Below, piece after piece: positions 27,917 through 36,315 of a DNA stretch of 64,000 nucleotides (the first letter of the stretch is position 1; each line of letters starts with the position of its first letter). This DNA is from Ignavibacteriales bacterium (GTDB lineage Bacteria; Bacteroidota; Ignavibacteria; Ignavibacteriales; Ignavibacteriaceae). The notes beneath the pieces are model-generated. The model ran no database searches. It was not told where the DNA came from and saw nothing but the letters and a program-made list of their open reading frames with translations. The stretch covers positions 1,407-65,406 of the forward strand of contig JBBQSH010000001.1 of the NCBI GenBank assembly GCA_038214015.1. Reading direction: 5' to 3'. A program made the position numbers and the translations under genes.

Positions 27917-30900
27917 TTGGAAATAAAAAATAAAGAGTGGCTGTATATACTTGGCAGAAATTCCGATTACCATGGTGACCCGCTCATTATTTTAGATGAA
28001 TCATTTGAAATAGTATTTACTAATCAAAAAGCCGCCTCTCTTTTTCTTATTGATGACCATCATATTACCTTAGAACAGGTTTTTGAAAAAGAAACGGTTA
28101 ATGAACTAACAGATTTTATCGGACCAGTAATTAATACCTTCCAAAAAAATATTTTTAAAAATATTTCAGTCAATTTAAAGTCAGGAAACAGTTCCGCATT
28201 TGATTTATCCATCGAACCAATTCAAACTGAAGAAACGTTAAATGTTATAATAGTTTTTAGAAGTATTGAAAATATTAATGCATATGATCTTTTGAGTAAG
28301 ATTAAAATTACTTCTTTCAAAAATATTTTATCTGATAAAAATAATCCTGCGAAAACAATAATATCGGAATTACAAAGCCTGGCTCCATTTACAATAATTT
28401 CTTTAAAGAAAGTTCAACATATAATTGATCAATATGATTACCCGATTTGGATTAAGGATGTTGAAAGCAAACTGTTTGCCATCAATAATACTTACGCTAG
28501 TATTTTAGGGATTGAAAATTCTTTTGCATCGGGTAAAAAACATGAGACATTTTTACCGCCTCATCAGAAAACAATTTATAAAATGATGGACCAATATGTT
28601 ATTCTTAATTCGCAGCAAATAATTTTAGAAGGATTTAGTAAAAAAGTTAAAAATTTTGAAGTTATTCAGAATATTATTCAAGTTCCTTTAGTAGATAATT
28701 TTAATAAAATACTTGCGATAGTTGGTCTAATTGTTGATAATCAGTATGATTATTATAACTTTTGGGGAGAAAAAGAATTCTTTAGTGCTTTAGTTAGTAG
28801 TTTCCCAAAACCTTCGGCATACATAAATTCTGATGGGGTGATCAAAGGATTTAATGAAAAATTCAAAGAATTCTTTGAGTTAGAAAATGGACAAATATCT
28901 GATAAAAGAATTGATGAAATATTTCCACCTAATGTTGTTAGTAAAATCAATTCATTTATTCAAAATGATTTAATAGAAGAATCTTTTCAATTATTTGAGG
29001 TGATGACTCCTGCTGATTCTTCACAATCTAATGTTCAACTGTTTTTATTAAAAATATCAAATTCAGAAAAACATAAGTCAAATATTTTTGTTACGATTGA
29101 AACGCTTGCTGACACAATAAATTCTGAAGACGAACTCCAAAACATTTTAATGCATAGAGGAAAGATGTTCGAAATTTTAATACAAAAAAATCCTGAACCA
29201 ATTTTTGTTTACGATAAAGAAAATCTAAAATTTCTTGAGGTAAACGATGCTGCAATAAAATTGTACGGATACAGCCGTGATGAATTTCTTCAAATGGATC
29301 TTACTGATCTTTATGCACCGGAAGATATTCAGACCTTATTAGATTCTTTTGGTAATGAATCATCGGAAGCTAGATTCAGTAAACCCTTTAGACACAGAAA
29401 AAAAAATGGTTCAATTGTTCTTGTAGAGATAAGTAATACTTCATTCAAGTTTAATGATAGAGAAGCTCACTTTAATATTGTTAAGGATATTACTGATAGT
29501 ATAGCAAAAGACAAACAATTTCAAATGCTCAGGATTATTTTTAATGAGTCCGATTTAATGATTTTCAGCACCGATTCTTCCGGCTTTGTAACATTCATAA
29601 ATAAAAACGTAACAAAAACCCTCGGTTACACTAATGAAGAAATTCTTCAATTATCCTTTGCAAGTCTTGTTGCTGATGATGACCGTGGAATTGTAAACAC
29701 TTCAATATTTCAATCTCAAGTAAAAGATTCTGTGGTCCTGAAATCAAAATTTAAGGATGCACATGGAAATAATATTGAAGCTGAAATTTATGCATCTACG
29801 ATTCTTGATTTTGATGGTGGTATTGATTCATTTACAATTATAGTAAAACCAGTTTCAGAAAAATCAAGTACAACCGAACCAAAAGAAATCGTTAAAGAAG
29901 TAATTAAAGAGGTTGTAAAAGAAGTTGTTGTTGAAAAACCAGGCAGCAGCAGCCAGAAAAAAACTCTTATTCCCGATTCAAATTTTCTTTCCGGAATGTT
30001 TCATGAAATTTTAACTCCAATTAATGTAATAATTGGATTTTCTCAGGAATTAATAAGCAGTACAGAAAATCCTACTGAAGAACAATTAGAGGCAGCCGAA
30101 ATAATTAATCAAAACCGCATTAAAATGATGGATACGATGAATGCCGTTGTTGAGTATTCAGATATAATGCAAAATAAATCCCCACTAAAAATTGAATATG
30201 TAACGATAACAGATCTTATCGAAAAATTAGATAACAACATAAAAGACATAACAGGAATAAATGATATTCAGTTTGCATATGGCAAAATATCTTCATCCTT
30301 AAAATTTAAATCAGATACGCAAAAATTTGAAAACTTTATTCTTTCATTAATTAAAGTTGTATCAAGATTAAGCAAAGACAAAAAAGTTTACTTCTCAGCT
30401 TTTACAGTTGATACAGAATCATTTATTATCGGCATTAGTGATCAGTACGGCAATCCTTCTGAATACGTTGCCAATGTTCTTGAACAGGTTTTTGGTAATG
30501 ATAAAGATCCTAAAGATTTTGGCTTGCCTAAATTAACTACCTATTTTGGGAGAATACTTCTAAAATATTTAGGTGGAAAATTTTATAAATCGTCCTCAGA
30601 TACCTATCGAAACGAAACTGGATTTATTTTTCCGATCGTATTTTCGGATATTTCAAAAAATAATATATATGATTCGGTTAATGAAGTTATCTCTTCAGTG
30701 ACTTCACAAGAAAATTTTAATGAGTATGATATTAATGCTTCAGTTAAGGTTGATGTAGAGCAAGAAGATTATTCTCAAGAGACTTTAGAAGTAAATGATA
30801 AAGACTTAGATGAAGGTTACACTAAAGATGATACAGAAGAATTAGCTTCTGACTCTTCGGATGATATCTTCAAACCTGTCCAGCCAATTTCACAGGAACT

Positions 30901-31501
30901 ACCTTCAAAAATAGTTGAAGAAAAACCAGTTGAAGATGAATCAATCCAACAGGAAATACACACATTTGAAAAGTTGAATCAGAGTGCACCTGAGGAGTTA
31001 AGTGATAGTGAATACAGCCAGCAAGAATCCGATGTTGAAGAAGATGTTTCTGAAACAATTAAAGATGAATTAAGTTCTGATGCTGATAACTTACTGGGAG
31101 TTAAACCACCACAATCATTAGATCTAACAAAATTAAACTGTCTTTATATAGAAGATCAGGTTGATTCTCAGATTCTATTTAAAGTGCAAATGAAAGAATT
31201 ACATGATGTTAAGTTTGCTGTAAGTTTTGAAGAAGCACAACAGGTAATGCTTAATTATCAATTTGATTTTATTGTGATGGACATAAATTTACAAGGTGAG
31301 TATAACGGACTTGATGCGTTGAAAATTATAAAAACCATGCCCGCATTTAGTTCAATTCCAATTATTGCCGTTACTGCTTATGTTCTTCCTGGTGATAAAG
31401 AAAAGTTTATTGTTGCCGGATTTGATGATTTTATATCTAAACCAATTTTCAAAGAAAAGATGATAGAATCTTTGGAAAAGATATTTCTCTCAAAGTACTA
31501 G
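27917..31501 (+). CDS. multi-PAS hybrid sensor kinase-like protein with a degenerate ATPase domain, acidic linker and C-terminal receiver domain
   Basis: The H-box FHEILTPINVIIGFSQEL is present. N-box Asn and the G1/G2 glycines are not recognisable (SLIKVVSRL, ISDQYGN, DFGLPKL). A D/E/S-rich linker of ~140 aa follows. The receiver has VMDINL (Asp) and ISKP (Lys). TTG start per the track. Confidence 0.7.
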   Translation: MEIKNKEWLYILGRNSDYHGDPLIILDESFEIVFTNQKAASLFLIDDHHITLEQVFEKETVNELTDFIGPVINTFQKNIFKNISVNLKSGNSSAFDLSIEPIQTEETLNVIIVFRSIENINAYDLLSKIKITSFKNILSDKNNPAKTIISELQSLAPFTIISLKKVQHIIDQYDYPIWIKDVESKLFAINNTYASILGIENSFASGKKHETFLPPHQKTIYKMMDQYVILNSQQIILEGFSKKVKNFEVIQNIIQVPLVDNFNKILAIVGLIVDNQYDYYNFWGEKEFFSALVSSFPKPSAYINSDGVIKGFNEKFKEFFELENGQISDKRIDEIFPPNVVSKINSFIQNDLIEESFQLFEVMTPADSSQSNVQLFLLKISNSEKHKSNIFVTIETLADTINSEDELQNILMHRGKMFEILIQKNPEPIFVYDKENLKFLEVNDAAIKLYGYSRDEFLQMDLTDLYAPEDIQTLLDSFGNESSEARFSKPFRHRKKNGSIVLVEISNTSFKFNDREAHFNIVKDITDSIAKDKQFQMLRIIFNESDLMIFSTDSSGFVTFINKNVTKTLGYTNEEILQLSFASLVADDDRGIVNTSIFQSQVKDSVVLKSKFKDAHGNNIEAEIYASTILDFDGGIDSFTIIVKPVSEKSSTTEPKEIVKEVIKEVVKEVVVEKPGSSSQKKTLIPDSNFLSGMFHEILTPINVIIGFSQELISSTENPTEEQLEAAEIINQNRIKMMDTMNAVVEYSDIMQNKSPLKIEYVTITDLIEKLDNNIKDITGINDIQFAYGKISSSLKFKSDTQKFENFILSLIKVVSRLSKDKKVYFSAFTVDTESFIIGISDQYGNPSEYVANVLEQVFGNDKDPKDFGLPKLTTYFGRILLKYLGGKFYKSSSDTYRNETGFIFPIVFSDISKNNIYDSVNEVISSVTSQENFNEYDINASVKVDVEQEDYSQETLEVNDKDLDEGYTKDDTEELASDSSDDIFKPVQPISQELPSKIVEEKPVEDESIQQEIHTFEKLNQSAPEELSDSEYSQQESDVEEDVSETIKDELSSDADNLLGVKPPQSLDLTKLNCLYIEDQVDSQILFKVQMKELHDVKFAVSFEEAQQVMLNYQFDFIVMDINLQGEYNGLDALKIIKTMPAFSSIPIIAVTAYVLPGDKEKFIVAGFDDFISKPIFKEKMIESLEKIFLSKY

Positions 31502-31525
31502 ATCAGTTTTACTTTTATGTTTAAT

Positions 31526-31557
31526 CCTCTTAATTCTAATAATTAAGGAGATTTTTT
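31526..31557 (+). terminator. Rho-independent terminator closing the 16928-31501 cluster
   Basis: CCTCTTAATT-CTAAT-AATTAAGGAG (8 bp plus one G-U and one mismatch) followed by T6. Confidence 0.6.
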
Positions 31558-31566
31558 ATTCCTCCC

Positions 31567-31611
31567 TTGACATTCTCCCGTTCCCGAATTAAGTTAGCAT
31601 ACAAATGTATG
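31567..31611 (+). promoter_or_regulatory. lexA promoter (TTGACA-17-TAAGTT) with an overlapping palindromic candidate LexA operator
   Basis: TTGACA at 31567-31572, a 17-nt spacer, TAAGTT at 31590-31595. The perfect inverted repeat CATACA-AA-TGTATG at 31598-31611 sits 19 nt before the lexA start. Confidence 0.45.
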
Positions 31612-31630
31612 GCAATTATTTTATAAAGGT

Positions 31631-32260
31631 ATGATTATGCAAAAAGAGCTAACTACAATTCAAAAGAGCATTCTGGATTTTCTGATTGACCAAATAAAAG
31701 GAAAGGGAATTCCACCAACGCTTGCTGACGTAGCAAAACATTTTGGATATAAAAATCGTGCAACCGTGCAGCAGCATTTTCAAGCAATAGAAAAGAAAGG
31801 ATATATCAGAAAAAGTCCAAAACTTTCTCGCGGTATAGAACTTACTCTTGAAGATAAATTTTTTGTGCCACGACCAATACTTGGTGAGGTTGCTGCAGGA
31901 AATCCATTAACTATTTATCCTGATGCAATTGATACAGTAAAACTTCCAACAATAGCCAGAATGCCGCAAGATTCTTTTCTGCTTCGTGTAAAAGGTGATA
32001 GTTTAAAAGATGCATATATTTTTAGCGGCGATATTGTAATCGTAAACCCAAATCTTGAACCGAAGAATGGACAAATTGTTGTTGCAATTCTTGATGACGC
32101 TGCAGTTGTTAAAAGATATTATAAAAAGCGAAGTGAGATTGAACTCGTTTCTGAAAATGCTGAGTACAAACCAATAGTTATAGATAAGAAATATGCTTCC
32201 TTTAAAATCGTTGGAATTGTGGTAGGTATTTATCGAAGTATGGAAAAAAAAGCAGGATGA
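31631..32260 (+). CDS. lexA: LexA repressor (S24 peptidase)
   Basis: wHTH N-domain (TLADVAKHFGYKNRATVQQHFQAIEKKGYI), VAAGNP cleavage region, Ser in GDSL and Lys in VVKRY. Confidence 0.9.
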   Translation: MIMQKELTTIQKSILDFLIDQIKGKGIPPTLADVAKHFGYKNRATVQQHFQAIEKKGYIRKSPKLSRGIELTLEDKFFVPRPILGEVAAGNPLTIYPDAIDTVKLPTIARMPQDSFLLRVKGDSLKDAYIFSGDIVIVNPNLEPKNGQIVVAILDDAAVVKRYYKKRSEIELVSENAEYKPIVIDKKYASFKIVGIVVGIYRSMEKKAG

Positions 32261-32334
32261 ATTTTTATAATTGATTATAATATCAAAGAAAATTATTCTG
32301 GTTCGAAATATTAAATCACAATCGAAGGTTATAA

Positions 32335-33201
32335 ATGAAAAACACAATTCTTGTCTTATTGTTATTAGTAATTGTTTCTGGATATTCATTTCAAATAATT
32401 GCACAATGTTCAGATGCAGGCGTTTGTTCAGTGGGACATACAATGGGGGATGACAATGATAATATTCTTGGTGTAAATGTGGGATATAAGTTTGGTTTAA
32501 GCGGTAAGGAAGATGATGTGAAATATCATTCATTTCAGCTTGGCGCGATTTATAATGTTTTTGAAAAAACATCACTTCAAATGTCTATACCATATAATAT
32601 TCAGTCTGGTCCATTAGGTGATGTAAATGGAATTGGTGATTTATTAGTCAGCATTACACAAAATGTTATATCGGATAATAATTCATCTCTTGATGCATCA
32701 ATTGGAGCAAAATTTGCTACTGGTGAAGATAACGCAGATAACTTACCGATGGCATATCAATCAGGTTTGGGATCAAACGATATTTTATTTGCATTAAATT
32801 ATTCTTACCATAATATAGGGTTTGGAGTTGGTTATCAACTAGCTGGCGGAAGAAATAATAACGTTATAAAATTAGAACGTGGCGATGATTTATTAGTAAG
32901 AGCTTCATATAATCTTATACTGGATAAGATCAGGATCACACCTCAACTTTTATTAATTAAGAGATTAGCTAAATCAAGTATTCTTGATACTGCATCAACA
33001 TCATCTACAGAAATTTTTGTTGAAGTAGATAACAGCGATCAAGCTCAACTTAATTTTCTTACATCTTTTCAATACGAAATAAATAAAAGTTATTCATTGT
33101 TTGCTGATTTTGCTATCCCATTTATTAAACGAGAAGTAAATGTGGATGGATTAACAAGATCATTTAGTGCTTCTATTGGTGTTCAATTAAATTTTAATTA
33201 A
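32335..33201 (+). CDS. putative outer-membrane beta-barrel protein
   Basis: Signal peptide MKNTILVLLLLVIVSGYSFQIIAQ, an alternating beta-strand pattern, and a C-terminal ...GVQLNFN. Confidence 0.55.
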   Translation: MKNTILVLLLLVIVSGYSFQIIAQCSDAGVCSVGHTMGDDNDNILGVNVGYKFGLSGKEDDVKYHSFQLGAIYNVFEKTSLQMSIPYNIQSGPLGDVNGIGDLLVSITQNVISDNNSSLDASIGAKFATGEDNADNLPMAYQSGLGSNDILFALNYSYHNIGFGVGYQLAGGRNNNVIKLERGDDLLVRASYNLILDKIRITPQLLLIKRLAKSSILDTASTSSTEIFVEVDNSDQAQLNFLTSFQYEINKSYSLFADFAIPFIKREVNVDGLTRSFSASIGVQLNFN

Positions 33202-33211
33202 TAATAATTCA

Positions 33212-34102
33212 ATGGTATCGATAAAATTTAACATAGGTACCGCAGGCTGGTCTTATAAAGATTGGGTGCCGAATTTCTATCCTAAAAACCAAGCCGGTGG
33301 ATTTGATTGGCTTCAGTTTTATTCGCATTACTTTAACTGTGTTGAAGTAAACTCAACATACTACACTTATATAAGTCCCAAAGTCATTGATGGCTGGATT
33401 AAAAAAGTTGAAGACTCAACTGATTTTATTTTTCACATAAAACTACATCAGGATTTTACACATAAAAGAAAGTTTGATCAACAAAACATAAAAGCTGTTC
33501 ATTATAATCTTGAACAATTAAGAAAATCAGAAAGACTTGGTGGATTGTTAATCCAATTTCCTTACTCTTATTCGTTTGATGGAAATTCTGTTCAGCATAT
33601 TCAAAAATTAAGAGATATTTTTTCTGATATAGATTGCTTTGTGGAAGTCCGTCATTCAAGCTGGAATAATAATCGTGCTTTAGAATTCTTTAAAGAAAAT
33701 GATTTAACATTTTGTACAATAGATCAACCACAAATAGGGCAGGCGATTGAGTTTGATCCAATAATAACAAATGATAAAGCTTACATTAGATTCCATGGAA
33801 GAAATATTGAAGCGTGGAAAAAATCTTTATCTAACTTTGGAAAACCCCAGACTTATGAAGAACAAAGTTCACGTTATAGTTATCTTTATTCGCCAGGCGA
33901 GTTGGTTGAGATTGAGCAGAAGATTAAATCAATACAGCAAAAAGTTAAAGAAGTTAATGTGATAATGAATAATCATCCACAAGGGGATGCAGTTGCAAAT
34001 GCATTTGAGTTAATTCATTTACTTGAAGAGAAAACCAAAGTTGAAATGCCAATAACAATCTTAAAAGCTTATCCAAGATTGGAAGAGATGCTATTAAATT
34101 GA
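33212..34102 (+). CDS. DUF72 (YecE/UPF0759) family protein
   Basis: The N-terminal IGTAGWSYKDW motif and overall length are typical of DUF72. Confidence 0.8.
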   Translation: MVSIKFNIGTAGWSYKDWVPNFYPKNQAGGFDWLQFYSHYFNCVEVNSTYYTYISPKVIDGWIKKVEDSTDFIFHIKLHQDFTHKRKFDQQNIKAVHYNLEQLRKSERLGGLLIQFPYSYSFDGNSVQHIQKLRDIFSDIDCFVEVRHSSWNNNRALEFFKENDLTFCTIDQPQIGQAIEFDPIITNDKAYIRFHGRNIEAWKKSLSNFGKPQTYEEQSSRYSYLYSPGELVEIEQKIKSIQQKVKEVNVIMNNHPQGDAVANAFELIHLLEEKTKVEMPITILKAYPRLEEMLLN

Positions 34103-34157
34103 AAGTTACTTTATTGTTTGATTTTTAATGATTATTTTTATTTCAAAATAAAGAAAG

Positions 34158-34391
34158 ATGATTATGGGTGATTACAAAGATATTATTACAGTTGAACCTG
34201 GTAAAAGAGGTGGCAAACCTTGTATCAGAGGATTGCGCATTACAGTTTATGATGTATTGAGTTATCTTGCATCAGGAATGACAATGGAGCAGATCCTTGC
34301 CGATTTTCCGTATCTTACGAAAGAAGATATTTATGCTTGTCTTAGTTATGCGGCAGATCGTGAAAGTAGAATTACTTCAGCTTTTTTATGA
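34158..34391 (+). CDS. DUF433 family protein (putative antitoxin)
   Basis: GKRGGKPCIRGLRITVYDVLSYLASGMTMEQILADFPYLTKEDI matches the DUF433 pattern. It overlaps the next gene by 4 nt (ATGA). Confidence 0.75.
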   Translation: MIMGDYKDIITVEPGKRGGKPCIRGLRITVYDVLSYLASGMTMEQILADFPYLTKEDIYACLSYAADRESRITSAFL

Positions 34392-34720
34392 AATTACTTT
34401 TAGATCAAAACCTTTCGCCAAAATTGGTTGAAAGTCTTAATAAAATATATCCAGGTTCTGTTCATGTTAAGGAAATAGGTTTAGATAGAGCTTTAGATGA
34501 AGATATTTGGATTTATTCTAAAGTAAATAATTTCATCATTATTTCTAAAGATGCAGATTTTGCAGAGCGTAGTTTGCTTTTGGGATTTCCTCCGCTTGTT
34601 GTTTGGATAAGAAAAGGAAACTGTACAACATTAGAAATAAAGAATACTTTAATCGAAAATTTAAAATTAATTACAAATTTTGTTTCTGCTTCTCAAACTG
34701 GTCTTTTAAATCTTTATTAG
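34388..34720 (+). CDS. DUF5615 family PIN-like protein (putative toxin)
   Basis: MKLLLDQNLSPKLVESL...IIISKDADF is the pattern of the PIN-like partner of DUF433. Confidence 0.7.
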   Translation: MKLLLDQNLSPKLVESLNKIYPGSVHVKEIGLDRALDEDIWIYSKVNNFIIISKDADFAERSLLLGFPPLVVWIRKGNCTTLEIKNTLIENLKLITNFVSASQTGLLNLY

Positions 34721-34770
34721 CTCTATAATAACTTCCACAAATTTTTGATTTATCACTTTCGAATTAAATT

Positions 34771-35961
34771 ATGCGTATAATATTCCATCTCGATCTTGAT
34801 GCATTCTTTGTTTCGGTAGAGAGAATACTCGATCCCAAACTTAATGGTAAACCTGTAATTGTTGGCGGTGATCCAAAGTATGGAAGAGGAGTTGTTGCTG
34901 CTTGCTCTTACGAAGCACGTGCTTTTGGATTACACTCAGCGATGCCTATTAGAAATGCTTACAAACTTTGTCCAAACGGAATTTATTTACATGGACATGG
35001 CGATGAATACACAAGATTTTCTAAAACTGTAAAAAATGTTTTAGAACTATATGCACCTTTAATTGAACAAACTTCTATTGATGAATTTTATCTTGATATG
35101 ACAGGCACACAAAAAATGTACGGCTCGATGTTTGGATTTGCTACAAGACTGCAAAAAGAAATTTGGGATAAAATTGGATTGCCAATTTCTATTGGAATCG
35201 GAAGCAATAAAACTATCGCAAAAATTGGTTCTGATTGTATGAAACCAAAGGGAATTACCTACATTATCCCGGGAATGGAAAAAGAATTTCTTGCACCAAT
35301 GCCTGTTGAAACAATTCCAGGTGTTGGTAAAGTTACAAAGCAAAGTTTAAACTCACGTGGAATTTATACAATTGGCGATATCACAAAACTTTCATCAGAT
35401 TATTTTGGGACAGCATTTGATAAATATGGAGTTGATCTCTGGCGAAAAGCTCACGGTGAAGGAACAGAATATTTAACTATCCAGAGAACCAGAAAAAGCA
35501 TATCACGAGAAACAACCTTTGGCAATGATATTACAAGTGAAGATGAAATTAAAAACACTTTGTTTTATCTAACTGGAAAGGTTGCACAATCACTACGAAA
35601 AAAAGGTTGGGAAGCATCTACAATAGACATAAAACTTCGTTATACAGATTTTCAAACATTAACTCGCGCAAAAACAATTAAACCATCTGATGATGATAAA
35701 GTTATTTTTGAAACTGCCTGGGATTTAATGAAGAATGCAAGAACACGAAGAGTAGGTGTAAGATTGATAGGAGTTGGTATTACAAATTTTTCTCCGTTAA
35801 ATGAACAAGAATTTCTATTTGAAGATTATGAAGTTAAAAGAAAAAAAATGCTTAGAGCTGTAACAAGAATTCGTGATAAGTTTGGATATGAATCTTTAAT
35901 GTTCGGTAGAACTGAAGAAGATAAAAAACTAAAAGTAATGGAAAATTATTTTCAAGTATAA
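34771..35961 (+). CDS. dinB: DNA polymerase IV (Y-family)
   Basis: HLDLDAFFVSVE, SIDEFYLDMTG, and the IGSNKTIAKIGSD / GVGKVT motifs. Confidence 0.9.
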   Translation: MRIIFHLDLDAFFVSVERILDPKLNGKPVIVGGDPKYGRGVVAACSYEARAFGLHSAMPIRNAYKLCPNGIYLHGHGDEYTRFSKTVKNVLELYAPLIEQTSIDEFYLDMTGTQKMYGSMFGFATRLQKEIWDKIGLPISIGIGSNKTIAKIGSDCMKPKGITYIIPGMEKEFLAPMPVETIPGVGKVTKQSLNSRGIYTIGDITKLSSDYFGTAFDKYGVDLWRKAHGEGTEYLTIQRTRKSISRETTFGNDITSEDEIKNTLFYLTGKVAQSLRKKGWEASTIDIKLRYTDFQTLTRAKTIKPSDDDKVIFETAWDLMKNARTRRVGVRLIGVGITNFSPLNEQEFLFEDYEVKRKKMLRAVTRIRDKFGYESLMFGRTEEDKKLKVMENYFQV

Positions 35962-35970
35962 ATCACTTTT

Positions 35971-36315
35971 TCATCCCGGAGGCCAGTTCATTTTTCTACC
36001 GCCAAGTAAGTGCAGATGTAAATGATAAACTTCCTGTCCACCATTTTCTCCACAATTAAAAACTAACCTAAAACCATCTTCAGCTATGCCCAAATCTTTA
36101 GCAATTTTATTTGCAGCATCAATCATGTCTCCAAGCAATACGGCGTGTTCGCTACCTTTTATATCAGTTACTTTTGGTATCTCTATTTTAGGAATAATTA
36201 AAATGTGAACAGGTGCTTGTGGATTGATATCTTTAAATGCTAACACATTTTCTGTTTCATAAATAATATTAGCAGGAATTTCCTTGTTAATAATTTTAGA
36301 GAAGATAGTTGACAT
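35971..36315 (-). CDS. histidine triad nucleotide-binding protein (HinT-like)
   Basis: HLHLHLLGG triad, 114 aa. The 1-nt overlap with the upstream regulator gene indicates co-transcription. Confidence 0.88.
   Translation of the reverse strand: MSTIFSKIINKEIPANIIYETENVLAFKDINPQAPVHILIIPKIEIPKVTDIKGSEHAVLLGDMIDAANKIAKDLGIAEDGFRLVFNCGENGGQEVYHLHLHLLGGRKMNWPPG

Noticed and set aside
29884-29940. KEV-repeat stretch considered as a DNA tandem repeat
   Set aside because: It is short, imperfect and in-frame inside a long ORF, so it is a coding low-complexity linker rather than a repeat element.
32003-32575. 190-aa minus-strand ORF overlapping lexA and the downstream OMP gene, plus 32271-32453 on the plus strand
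   Set aside because: It overlaps two confident plus-strand genes, and its composition is typical of antisense translation of AT-rich DNA.
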